From Chara braunii (lineage: Eukaryota; Plantae; Charophyceae), in assembly GCA_003427395.1 (NCBI GenBank), contig BFEA01000011.1:508991-572990 (forward strand): a stretch of DNA of 64,000 nucleotides, given 5' to 3'. A program made the position numbers and the translations under genes. Numbering within the stretch: the first letter of the stretch is position 1; each line of letters begins with the position of its first letter. Below are positions 1 to 11,439 of the stretch, in pieces. The notes under the pieces were generated by a model. It did no database searches, was not told the DNA's origin, and was given only the letters and a program-made list of their open reading frames with translations.

Positions 1-312
1 TGGTGCTTGGGGCGGGTTGGTCAGTGGTCGGGGTGGGTCGGTGGTGCTGGGGGCCTGTTGGTGTTGCTTGGGGCGGGTCGGTGGTGCTGGGGGCCGGTCG
101 GTGGGTGCTTGGGGGCGGTCGACGGTGCTTGGGTCCGGTGGGTTGTGCTTGGGGCCGGTGGGTGGTACTTGGGGCCGGTAGGTGGTGCTTGGGGCCGGTA
201 GGTGGTGCTTGGGGCTTGTAAGTGGGTGCTTGCGGCTAGTCGGTGGTGCTTGGGGCCGGTCGGTGGGTGCTTGCGGGCGGTTGGTGGTGCTTGGTGCCGG
301 TGGGTTGTGCTT
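1..312. repeat. G-rich minisatellite, ~20-21-bp unit (ggtggtgcttggggccggt(c))
   Basis: Degenerate unit repeated about 15 times from the window start. The ORFs at 3-221 and 7-201 are repeat translations. Confidence 0.9.
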
Positions 313-619
313 CATTTGATCGATAAAATTGAGTTTCTCTAATGGCTTTCTCCGCGACTTTCCCGCAATGAAACGACTGCGATGTTGTTTGGTTTTTGTC
401 AGTTCGGATGCTGATCTTGATGATTTTAGAGAACGACGATCATGATCTGAAAACGTTAAAGACGGAAAAAAAAAAGAAAAAAAAAAAAACAGTGAAAGAA
501 AGGTAAGATAGCAACCAACAATGTCAAACATCACGGTCAGAGACAAAAAGAAGGACGTGAGATTCTTTATTGGGGTTGCTTCCTGACGGCGTTCGCGGGC
601 GCAAGCTGCGCTGGATGCA

Positions 620-1640
620 CCTGCTTGTCTACTATATAGGTTTCTAGTTCAGATGTGCATGAATCCTGCTCTTGCGAAATTTGCTTTTGTTCATCCACTA
701 GATTCTACATTAACGTGATGTCTTGCTGATATCGTTGTGCGGCTAGATGTGTGGAGTATTCGTTCCATTTTTTTGGCATAAAAAACAGTCCAGTGTTTAA
801 CCAAGTGATTTGAGAGTCTTTCCAGAAGTCCCACACCTGCTGCAGGTATTTATGAAAAGCTCCAGACTGTCAAACACATCCTGTGGTTCACTCCTGGGTA
901 CGGGTTGGTCGGTAATATAGTTGCCACAATAAGCCCTCCTCCCAAATCCTCCGGTGCGAAGATTAAGTCGATCTGGGATTTAGACAGCCTGACGGAGTCA
1001 TTGTTATGGAAACAGGTAAAGGTTTTTTCAGCCGGGGAGTTGCACCTGAAAGTGTCGAATAGCGAGAGACAAGAACACAAATCCGTTAGCATTTGTTCAT
1101 TCTCCTCTGCGTTGTGGGCGATATTGGGGTGATAATTTTTAGTTATGTTGCTTTATTATCAGGGACTTTCCATCGGGCTAACCATCTATTCGGAGCGGCG
1201 TTGAAATCCCCTGCTAGGATTGTCGGGACTCCAGGGGTGGAGACCGTTTCAATTTTTTCGTTGAAGGTCCTTTTCTCACGGGATGTGTTAGGGGCATATA
1301 AGGATAAGATGCACACTGCTTCTAGTTCCATCATGCCCAACACCTTGACCCACCGATCACCCTCCTTATCATGTTTCCAGCTGAGTACTTCTAAATGTGA
1401 TTCGGGTAGGATCCATATAGCCAACCTGACACTTCCCGGGCTGGGGGCGAAAGCTTGGTAGCCTTGAAAGGGCCACCCGTGCTTGTGAACCCTATGGTCC
1501 TCTGGTGTGTCCATTAGGTGGGTTTCCTGAACACAAACTACGGCCGACCAAGTTCTTCCTCCGACCCCCCGCATTGTTTTTCTCCGGGTTGCGCGATGCT
1601 AAACCATTTACATTGATCGATCTAATGCCCAGGTCCGCCT
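620..1640 (-). pseudogene. LINE (Tx1/L1-like) ORF2 5' part: APE endonuclease, frameshifted and 3'-truncated (LINE A)
   Basis: APE motifs spread over frames: IRSINVNGL (1492-1683), VCVQETH, ILSLYAPN, ILAGDFNA (1143-1574), SQIDLIF...NHRMC (850-1092). Confidence 0.85.
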
Positions 1641-1699
1641 GCTGGAGAGCGTGTTTCCATTTTTGGTTTTTACTATACACCACTTCTACCCAATCTATC

Positions 1700-2723
1700 G
1701 TAGTTTATCGTAGGCCGGGTGTTCCTTTGCCTTTTCCATTATCTGTTTTGTAGCGGTGACCATTCTTGTGTCTCGCAATTGATCCCCTTATTAAGGATAT
1801 TTTTCTTAGTATTGTGCAAATGCATGTGAGTAGGTCATCTGTCGACCAGATGTTAGTGGGTTTTATTTTGAGTTGTTGGATGTTTAGAAGCGAATTATGT
1901 GAGAGTCATTGTAGCCTTGCTCCCTTATTGTCTTCAAATCTCACGTATAGGTCCTTGTAGGCCATTTTCAGGTTTTTCTAATGGCACACTGATGGTGGCC
2001 ATTGCCTCCGGTTCATAGTCGTTTGTGAGAAAATCCGTAACCTCGTGGACCCGTAATGCCCTTTCCCTTTGCATGTGCCAACCGTGCGATGTCATTCCCC
2101 CATAGGAAGGAGCATACGAGTCTTCTAAGTCTGCAGGTGCCTGTTCTTTTTTTGATCGGGAGAACCAGCACTTTGTCCCCCTCCGACATACTTTTGTGGT
2201 ACGGCACCTTCTCGATGAGGTGACGTATTTTTGACCGCTTTGAAAGTTGGTTGTCACTCGCCTGACTTCTTTGGAAATCGAATTCAGGTCGTGGGTGTAC
2301 CAACTATGCTAGGACACTTGTTAAGAAACTGTGCTTGCATGTGGATATTCTCCTACTTTTTGGTTTGCGCCTACAACAGTACGAGTCCTTCTCAGGGTTT
2401 CGCGGGGTTCTGCAGGTGTTGCTTTCACTTTGGGGAAAAGAGTCGCCTTCTCGAGTTGTACTTCACACCTATCAACCACTGCCCTGCGCCGCCTACAACC
2501 AATATCCATACGTCAGCAGCACGCCTCACAGGACTTCAGGAGCATGCCTTACAAAGCCAGGGGTTCTATGGCCGTTCATTTTCTGCCCTTGTCATTTGCT
2601 AACTACAAGTTGTAAGTTGTTAGTTGTCAATCGTCGGTAGTCAGCAACAAGTTGTCTGACATCGTTCCCGCAAAGATAGGGAACAACTTTGACAGGGTAG
2701 TTTACAAACACATTGCAGTGTCT
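1700..2723 (-). mobile_element. Probable degenerate 5'/ORF1 region of LINE A, interrupted by the Harbinger element; probably continues right of 19651
   Basis: Lies directly upstream of the APE domain on the same strand. Removing 2724-19651 joins ORF 19637-19918 (..TVEPQR) in frame to HCNVFVNYPVKV.. of ORF 2592-2855. Confidence 0.4.
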
Positions 2724-3042
2724 GGGGCTCGTTAGACACACCTCGGGCGAGTAATCCCCCAAGGAAAATTTCGTTCCACCTATTGTTGGGAATGAAAACG
2801 AAAAAAAAAAGTGAAAACATTTCCTTGGGGCGGGAAGTGCTCGGGCTACAACCATTTGGTGGCATTCCCCAAGGTCAACGTCTAGGGCTTGTTAGACACA
2901 CCTCGGGTGCGTAGTTCCCTGAGGAAAATTTCGTTCCACCTATCCTTGGGTATAGAAACGAAAAAAAAAGTGAAAATATTTCCTTGGGGAATCGTTGGGG
3001 CGCCCTCGGGCTACAACCTTTTGGTGGCATTCCCCAAGGTCC
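2721..3042 (+). repeat. Tandem 160-bp duplication of the Harbinger left terminus, including TSD and TIR
   Basis: tct-ggggctcgttagacacacctcggg...ccccaaggtc at 2721 recurs as tct-agggcttgttagacacacctcggg...ccccaaggtc at 2881. Confidence 0.85.
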
Positions 3043-3605
3043 CTTGGAGGTCAAGCATCCGCGACAATCGGAGCGGCGACGACACACATCGTCGGCAACA
3101 TAATTTTCGTCGGCTGGTCCAGTGGAGAGTGTACCGGCCACCACACAGACATCTTGGGTCGTCGACGTCCGTGTTCAAGGAACCTTGCACCAACGGTAAT
3201 CGTTGGTGGTCTACTGGCCTCCATGAAAATCTCCAACCGGTGTTCAACCTGGCCGTGCATGCCCGAAGGTGGAAAGGGGTCCAGCGGTCGACAAATTTGA
3301 ATACTTAGTTGAGGCCCCTTGCTTCGATTGCCCACTGTATTTCGCGACGGATAACGTTACAACGCGTTTGTCCCATGCTGTGGTATGTCGTTTGCAACCC
3401 TCTTCATTGCCGTTTGCTGGAGGTGTACCGTCGTCGTCCAGCTATTGCCTTTTCCCGTGTGCCTTTCATGACCGTCTTTTGAAGGCTGCCGCTGTTGATC
3501 CTGGTCATCCTTTTGCTTATCTTTGTCATCTTCTTCCCCGTCTGCATCCTCGACAGGGTGCCTGGACTTACACGCAAGAGGCGGTCTGCGAAGAAGGACG
3601 TCCGC

Positions 3606-5306
3606 ATGGACGGGCGGTAGGTGAAGAGCAAGTCTTCAGTGAACTACTCTAGAAGTCACCGTGCAGGCCACGGACCGACCCACAGTGCAAGGGTGTACGA
3701 TCACCCTGCATACCCGCACCTGCCACCGCACGAGCAACCTCTGCCCGATATGACAGATGAGGAGGAGGAAACACGGCCACGGACCGTGGCGATGGGGAAT
3801 GCGTCCACCCATGTGTGGGCGGGGAGCCGATTGTATGGGAGCCACGAGAGCACGTATCGACAATCGTACACCGAATTAGTGTAGAAGGCAGCGCGTGAAA
3901 ACAATGTCGATGACATCATGATTCTGTTTTACGGGTTTTCTAGTGGGAGCTCGTTCGCCGCCACACGGACTGTCCTCAACAACCCGCAACCCGACGATGA
4001 TGCTGGGCTAGTGACGGTGGTCGACCAATCTCCAAAGGATTAATTTGGAGGATGGAAGACATCGGATAATAGAAGGGATCCTTCGAGACTGCAGTCGTTG
4101 TCGGCGTCAGCAGCATGCGTTGCCTGCGGTCGCCCACAGTGGATGCAGTCTCCGTCTCTGATGGCGGGAGGTTCTAGCACGGGCCGGCGTGCACCTGAAT
4201 CCGGGGTGACGAACGCTGACTTTACGGGCGTGGGCGACGTTGGGATGGGAGGCAGGTGTGGGCGGAACAACGATGCGAGCTGCGTGGACAGCGAGAGGAG
4301 TCGATAACGCGGGGGGTGCAACGATTGCTCATGGGGGAGCAAGGCGCGAAGAAGGAGCCACCAGTGTTGGACGTGGACGATTATGAGGATGCCTACAACA
4401 ATGACGAACGAGAGGATGACGATGCCTGCTACGTTTCACCATTCAGGAATAAATCCAAGACATTTGCATTCATCAAGGGCCGTCGGGGGGAAAAAGTGGC
4501 GCCGGCGGGAAGCGAGGTTGAAGGCAACACAGAGGCGGGGGAGAGTGGACAAAACTTCTAGTCAGTCGAACAGATGGTCGCCCTCATCAGGATGAAGTGG
4601 GACCAGGATGCGCATGCAAGGGATGGGCTACGGGTACTCTGGCATGAAGACAAGGAAATGGAAGTGAGATGTTCACCAGAGTTTGACGAAGGTGGACATT
4701 GACAGATCAACAGACAAGTGCGGGAAGAAGTGGGACAACTTGATGTAGTAGTTCAAGAAGGTGCACCTGTTCCAGAGCGGGTCAGGGAAATGTGATTTCT
4801 TTCAATTGAGGGGGAAGGAGCATGGGTTTAATTTTGCCATGGATCGGGCTGTGTATGAGGAGATCAAGGGTCGACTGCGAAGGGTCACACCATACACCGG
4901 AAGAATGTCACCGACACAGGCAGTGTGGGTGGTGTGCAGCTGCCATTCGGGTCTTCTGGCGGTCTTAAATTTGTGGCTGATGGAGATGCAGGTGGCAACT
5001 GCAATGAGAAGACGATAGCTCCTCGAAAGGTTCTTCATCAACAATGGGTAGCCCTGGCGGATTCGGTAAGAGGAAGAGCATGAGGTAGTAGACTTTCTTG
5101 ATACAGTGCACGAAGAAGCACGAACGTTAATGGTGACGACGATGGAGAGCGCAAGTAAGAGACAATGCTCCATCCAAATGTGGCAGTGTGAAGCATTGGA
5201 AGGAGAGGTTGAGGTGCAGAAAAAGCAGTACGGGTCGTCAGACGAAGTGAGCAAGCTGATGAGTCATGCAATGTTGGAGATAGCGAAGGTTATTCGAGAG
5301 CGGTAG
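3606..5306 (+). pseudogene. Harbinger Myb/SANT-like (trihelix GT-type) DNA-binding protein, disrupted
   Basis: Across frames at ~4550-4870: F*SVEQMVALIRMKWDQD...MKTRKWK*DVHQSLTKVDIDRSTDKCGKKWDNLM**FKKVHLFQSGSGKCDFFQL...FNFAMDRAVYEEI. This follows the trihelix W..E/Q...LI...W..V...RS...C.KKW.NL pattern. C-terminal coiled-coil-like segment at 5106-5306. Start is approximate. Confidence 0.85.
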
Positions 5307-6399
5307 ACGAGGGGCTCTTGATCGGGCGGATAAAGATTTGGGACTGGCTGCTTGGCCTTCCCCGAGCGCTTCACGTTTGTCCACGTGGATGTCATGTTAT
5401 TGCTCGTCTTGCTGTCCACGAGCAAGAGAGTGCCCCTTCATGAGCGTGTCCATGATGTCATGATGGCTGCCTGTCTACCTTTACTGGGGTGGTGTCGCGC
5501 AACGTTGTTCGTGTGTTTCTCGCTTTTGTTCAATTGTTTTTTTTGTATTTTGTATTTGTAATTTGTAATGCAGATGACCATTAGTATGTATTTCGAATTG
5601 CGGCATACGATTGCAACACCCCCACCAATGTTAGTGGTGCTGATAAGAGCAGACACCACTAGCACCTGGGGAGAGGCTCCATCTATTGCTGGGGAGCATC
5701 ACCTGTTGTCGAGCGGGTCCAACGTCCCTTATACAGACTGAATTTGGGATACATAAAAAAAAATTGTGGAGTGTTCCTGCCAACATTGATTACCTTGGGA
5801 TCCAAGGGATTGACTGAGTAGAATATTGGAGGGAAGGGGAACCTCGTCACCCTGAGTTCGGCGCCAGATTCGCAGCTACACGCTAGTTCCTCCCTCCCCC
5901 TGAGCCATACTGAAATCATACTATCATCGCCTTTTTTTCAATTACAGACTGACTATTGAAGTAGAACAGAAAGGAGCACACTTGTGGTATGTCAGTATCA
6001 TTCTACACCAGACAGCCTGATCACTCGTAATTCCTTAGCGGCTACGTCCTGTTCCTTTGGATACCATTCTTCTAGGTACCCGTCCTCTCCATATGCTGAG
6101 TATCGCCCGTTCAGTCTGCTCCATACCATTGCATCATATCCACCATCGCCGGCTGCGAGCGTGGGAAGGAGTCGGGAAATTATGTGGCGGGTCGCATTGG
6201 GATCTCCTGGCCCACAGTAGTCAAGTCTCTGAAACAGATACGGTAGTCTCTTCTGAATTCCTATTGGTTGCCTTCTTGGGTGGGCTTGCCCTCCCATCTA
6301 ACAGATGCGATTCAACCCCCATTCTCAGTGTCCAACCAGTCTCCAGAAAATTGGTGAATTGCTTGTGTTACATCCTTTGTTGAATGATATAAGTCGAGT

Positions 6400-7782
6400 T
6401 GGATTTTATTTTTTTGCCAGTGAACTATGAGTTCTTGTTGAATGTGTTGCCTTATCATGTCTATTGCCTTTTCCCCCACTTATGCGGACCCCCTCCATAG
6501 CATGTATACAATGTTTCCTCTAGAGGGTCCACATGACCGCTCTGCTTCCTAACTTGAACATGTTGTTTTCAAAGGTATGTCAGTGGGGGAGGACCATGCC
6601 TCGCATAATATGGCCCTTCAATCCCATGGCCAGTGAGATTCAGTGCCCAGCTGGGTCCAGATCCTATCCTACCATCGCCATGTAAGAGCTGCCCATGACA
6701 TTGCATGAATATGTGCTCTATGGTTTCAAGGATTCTGGGGGGGGGAAAGGCAGTGTAGCATGACTTGCACCATAGTAATGCCCGCCCCTTCGACTTCAGG
6801 TATGTGCGATTTATCAACCAAAGGGCAGACAACGGTGTTCTATCTGCCATTGAAGAGAGGCCATCTTTGCAACCCTAGACCTTGTGGACGTGATCCATCG
6901 GATCGGGCGGATTGCCTCAGTCCCTACATTCAAGTGTGACCTCCATCGGCCCTTCACTATATCTTTTATATTCACCTTTGGTCGAAGCAGGCGATATATG
7001 GTCTTCACTAATAGAGTGTGTAGTTTTAGATCCGTCCCTGACCTGGGTTTTCGCATGGGGACCCATCGCCATTCGTCAGGGTCAAAAGGTAGCTTCATCA
7101 CGGGGGTGCTTGACTAATATGCGATTCAAACATCTTTATATGCAGCACACGTACCCTCTGAAGGTCTGCTGTTCTGCACCATCTGATCACATCTGGGCGG
7201 TACCGGGTGAGTTTATTTTACTTGTCTAAGTGGAAGAGGTTTACCAACGTTTCGCTTGTTCTGACCTCCACTACATTGCCTACACTTTCTGGATCCCCCG
7301 GGGCAGCTACCCAGTCCCTTTCTATTAGCCGTGGCCCTCTGCGCAGGATGCGCACCCAGTCAAGGGGGACTGCAGAGGTCAACAAATCAACGTTCTCCTC
7401 AATCTTGTGACGGTGCTTTAGTATGGTTCTCAGTTGTGGCCCCGTTTTCCAGTCACCCACTTCTATGTCGCATATGTCATTTATTGGGATTATGTCTTTT
7501 TTTACCCAACTGTTCCACAGAGTGTTCCAGTTGCGATACACCCTGTTGTACCGGTTTGTTATCCCCCTGTTCCCAAAAAGAGGCTAACGCATCACCTCCT
7601 CCCACCTGGTTGGTGGGGGTTGAACAGGTAGCGGGAGTTGGTGCCAGACCCTGATGACTCGGGTCCAGAAGTCGTCTTTGACCAGGTCCGAACGGGTTGT
7701 GTCTCGAGGTGAGTCTCGCTCTATACGGGGGCACTGTGGCACAGTCCAAAAGCGGTCTTTCAGCCAGGTTAGTGGGCTAACT
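6400..7782 (-). pseudogene. LINE B ORF2 C-terminal region with CCHC (zf-RVT-like) zinc finger
   Basis: WCKSC...ETIEHIFMQCH in ORF 6569-6850, followed by a VMWTL*RKH segment typical of L1/Tx1 C-termini. Confidence 0.8.
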
Positions 7783-9182
7783 CTGTATATCTTTTTAACG
7801 GAGAACGGGGGAATTAAACTCCCGTTGAATCCCGTTAAATTCAAAAAAATCCCGTTGAATTCGTGTTAAACTCGAAAATGGGCCGCTTCCGCTGTTTTCG
7901 GAAAAACGGAATTGATGCGTGGAGTCTGGAACACGTGGCCCTACGCAAAATATATATATATATATATATATTCATATATATATATATTATATTTTTTTAA
8001 ATAAATAAAAAATTAAAAATTCAACCCCTAAAGCATCTCCCATGCGCCCCCACATCCACCAACCCCCAACGCCCCAGTTATGTGTGTGTAGGTGTGCTGT
8101 GTGTGCGTGTATATGTGTATGTGTGTGCCTGCGCGTGAGAGTGTGTATGTGCATGAAGATAAATGTATGCGCACGTATTTGTGTATGTGTGTGTTTGTAA
8201 GTTTGTGTGTGTGTTGTGTGTGTGTGTGTGTGTGTGTGTGTTCGTGTGTGTGTGCATGATTGTTGGTGTGAGCGCCAGCAAGCTACTGCGCAACTCGGCT
8301 ATGGTTGCCTGCTCCTTCCTACTCGCCCGTGAGGCGTGTGAGTGCCAGCGAGCTATAGCGCGGCAACGCTTACGCATCATGCAGCCAGCACCCGAATGCC
8401 CAATGTGGAGGCAGGCCCTTTCCTATATCGAAGTGGCCTGCTTGTGTTCAGTCCCAGGAAGCTTCCAGTAGGGTCCGATAGCCTAAGGCCCAACACGAAC
8501 GAGACCAGGCCTTGGGCCTGAGCTGGTTGCATGCCCCCAACTGCCTTTGGCCTGTGTTTGGCCCAATACCCGTATCCAGCCCAGGACCTGCTTTCCATAC
8601 ATTCACACAGGCGGCCCAGGGCGTGGGTTTCCTCAACCAACTGAAGCCAGACTCACGTAACCTGCTACAGACCCAATTTTGTGTGTGTGTGTGTGTCTTT
8701 TTTTCCTGTTTTTAATTTGCTTTTTATGGTTTTGATTTTTTTAAAAATAGACGAAGTTCCAAAAAAATAAAATAAAAAGTGAATTGTTGTACATCTTTGA
8801 AAGATCTACAACCCTATATTTTTTATTTTTTTTTTTTTGGTTTTTGTTTTAGCCCTTAAAAAATCTGTGTGAAACCCAAAACAAAAACACTCGTTTCATT
8901 TTAGTTTTTGTTTTTTCATTGTGTGTTTATGTTTTTGATTTTTTTAAAATATATTTAAGAATAAAAAAATAAAAATAAAAATACAGGGTTGTAGTCCTAA
9001 AAAAAACCTACAACCCCATGTTTTTATTTTTATTTTTGGATAATTTTTAGCCCAGGAAAAAAATCATTCCAGACCCCGTTAATGCGCGTCCAACTCGCGT
9101 TTGAACGGGAGTTTAACGGGAATTCAACGCGCGTTAAATTTTCAACGCGGAACCCGCGTTGAATTCAAAATCGGACACACAA
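7783..9182. mobile_element. Non-autonomous DNA transposon, 8-bp TSD (hAT-like), inserted in LINE B ORF2
   Basis: TSD ggctaact at 7775-7782 and 9183-9190. Excision restores the LINE frame (KQIARLTPQAPQE|VSPLTWLKDRFW). Subterminal cccgttgaa/ttcaacgcg motif clusters, internal hairpins and a (TG)n tract. TIRs are degenerate (ctgtat.../...cacaa). Confidence 0.85.
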
Positions 9183-9189
9183 GGCTAAC

Positions 9190-10960
9190 TTCTTGCGGTG
9201 CCTGTGGGGTAAGTCTGGCTATCTGTTTAAGCGTCAGGGCTTGCCATGGGAGGTGCTCGGTAAAAGGCAATCTCCTAACCCATTGGATAGTTAATGCTAT
9301 GATGGGTATCTGGGTACAGGATCCCCAGGCCCCTTTTGTCCTTGGGTTGGATCATCGATGACCAGGTTACCCTGCTAATAACATTCGAGAGCTCACCATT
9401 ACCTCTCCAAAGTAGGACCACTAATTGCCTTTTTAGCGATCGGACGACCTCCTTGCTGAGGGTCCAAATTGCAGATTTATACCACAAGGTCGTTAGTACT
9501 ACACTATTGTCCGTGAGCGCTCTGCCAATAAGGGAGGTGTGTCGGTCTTTCCTGTTGGTTACAATTTTCTAGAACAGGCTTAAGGATTCACTCATCATTT
9601 GATGCGGGTTTACACAATGCCGTCAACCTAATTCCCAACACTCTAAGCGGGGTCGTATCCGGGAGCCATTTGACCCGTGGCAGCTTCGACAGGCGCACCC
9701 CTTGATGGTGGATCCACCACCCCAAGGTCTTGTTTCCCCAGTTGACAGTTATGTCTGAGACTGCTGTAAATCGGTCAAATAATCTCCTAATCTCTTTCAT
9801 GTTTGTTGTCGTGGCATCTATCATAAGAGTCAAGTCGTCCGCAAACATCGAGCAAACAGGGACCATGTCTTCCGGGATAGCAGAGATCTGCAGTCTCCTC
9901 AAGTCTTTATTGGCGCGGAGGTTCGCTGCCAGCGCTTCCATCACTATGATGAAGAGGAAGGGTGCCAAAGGATCCCCTTGGCGAACCGATCGTTGCAGCG
10001 GAAAAGACGGCGATATCCTGTCATTGACTCGGACACACGTGGTGGCACTATGATGTAGTACTTCGGTTCAACATCGGAAAACTGGTCCAATGTTCTTTTT
10101 TTTCATACATTTGTCTAATAAAAGTCAGTCCACGCGGTCATATGTTTTTTCAAAGTCAATGAAGACTACAACCGCATTCTTCTTATGTTGCCTTGTTAAT
10201 TTGAGAAACTAATTAATTAGGAGAATATTATTTTGAATCCTGCGTCCTTTGACGAAACCGGTCTGCGTTGGGTGAATAATATCGTTCAGGACCGGGATTG
10301 GTCGGTTTGCCAGGGCTAATGCAAATATTTTATAGACAACTGTGAGGAACGTTATCGGCCGGTAGTTCTTGATATTATGCAACAGGGTGAGCATCCCTTG
10401 CCCCACCAACTCCCCCATCCACCCTGTGTCCCACACATGGAATCCATGAGGTCCTGGGCCATTTGGGTCAAGAAGGTCTCCCAGAATTCCTTGGGAAATC
10501 CATCGACGCCCGGGGTCTTCTCTTCATCCATCTGCATCATCGCCGTCCAGATTTCCTCTTTGGACGGAGGATGATCCAGATCTGTTTGTTGCTGGCCCGT
10601 CAGGGTTTTTTCCAGTGGTTTCAATAAATCTTCTATTTCCTTCTCCCTGCCGTTCCTCTCCCGTTGGGCAGATCTTGAAGTGAACAGATCCTTGAAGAAT
10701 AGTAATCCATGAGGTACGGGGCCAATTGAGTCCAAAACGTCTCCCAGAATTCCTTGAAAAATCCATCAGTGCCCGGGGTCTTCTCTTTATCCATCTGTAT
10801 CATCGCCGTCCAGATTTCCTCCTTGAACAGGGGACGATCCGGATCCTGTTTGTTGCTGGCTCATCAGGGTCTTTTCCAATGGTTTCAAGAAATCTTCTAT
10901 TTCCTTCTCCCTCACGTTCCTCTCCCGCTGGGCACATGTTGAAGTGAACAGATCATTGAA
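9190..10960 (-). pseudogene. LINE B ORF2 reverse transcriptase domain (frameshifted)
   Basis: KTPGVDGFPKEFW, NYRPITFLTVVYKIFA, QTGFVKGRRIQNNIL, VFIDFEK, RQGDPLAPFLFIIVME, SMFADDLTL, LRVLGI, PKDKRGLGI. Confidence 0.92.
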
Positions 10961-10962
10961 AG
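10441..10962. repeat. Diverged ~265-bp tandem duplication inside LINE B ORF2
   Basis: 10441-10698 recurs at ~10706-10962. Both copies encode DLFTS..AQRERN.REKEIED.LKPLEKTL. Confidence 0.85.
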
Positions 10963-11439
10963 ACCTGGCTATCTGCAAGCAGTGGGGGGAGGAGGTGACA
11001 ATGTCTTGGTGTCCGGTTTGTGGATCGTATAGCGCTTCTATGGTTGTTCAGTGCGCACGTGCTCGAGCCATACTAAAAAAAATTTTGTCCATTGTTCCTT
11101 CCGTTAGTAACTTTGTCAGTCTACCTCTTATTCGTGTTCCCTCACAACGTTGTGTGACAAAGGTGTGAAATCGTTGTTGTAGCCTTCGAACCTCTGAACA
11201 ATCTTTTGGCTGTGTGTGCGGTATCTGTTGGACATTATGCGAGTTGTTTGGTTGATCTTGGTGCTCCAATTGCTGCAGTTGTTGGTGAACTTCCGTCTTC
11301 TGTTGATGTTTTCTAATAGCTAAGAGTTTGGAATATTCTTGACATTTTTTACCCAGATAGAACAGTCCGTTGTTAAATCAGTCTACATCTGCTGAATTTG
11401 TTGTTGTTGTGTGTGCCAGAATGCCCAACAGTCCTTAAT

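Noticed and set aside
2592-2723. Ubiquitin-like look of HCNVFVNYPVKVVPYLCGNDVRQLVADY
   Set aside because: Too short and weak. No diagnostic residues.
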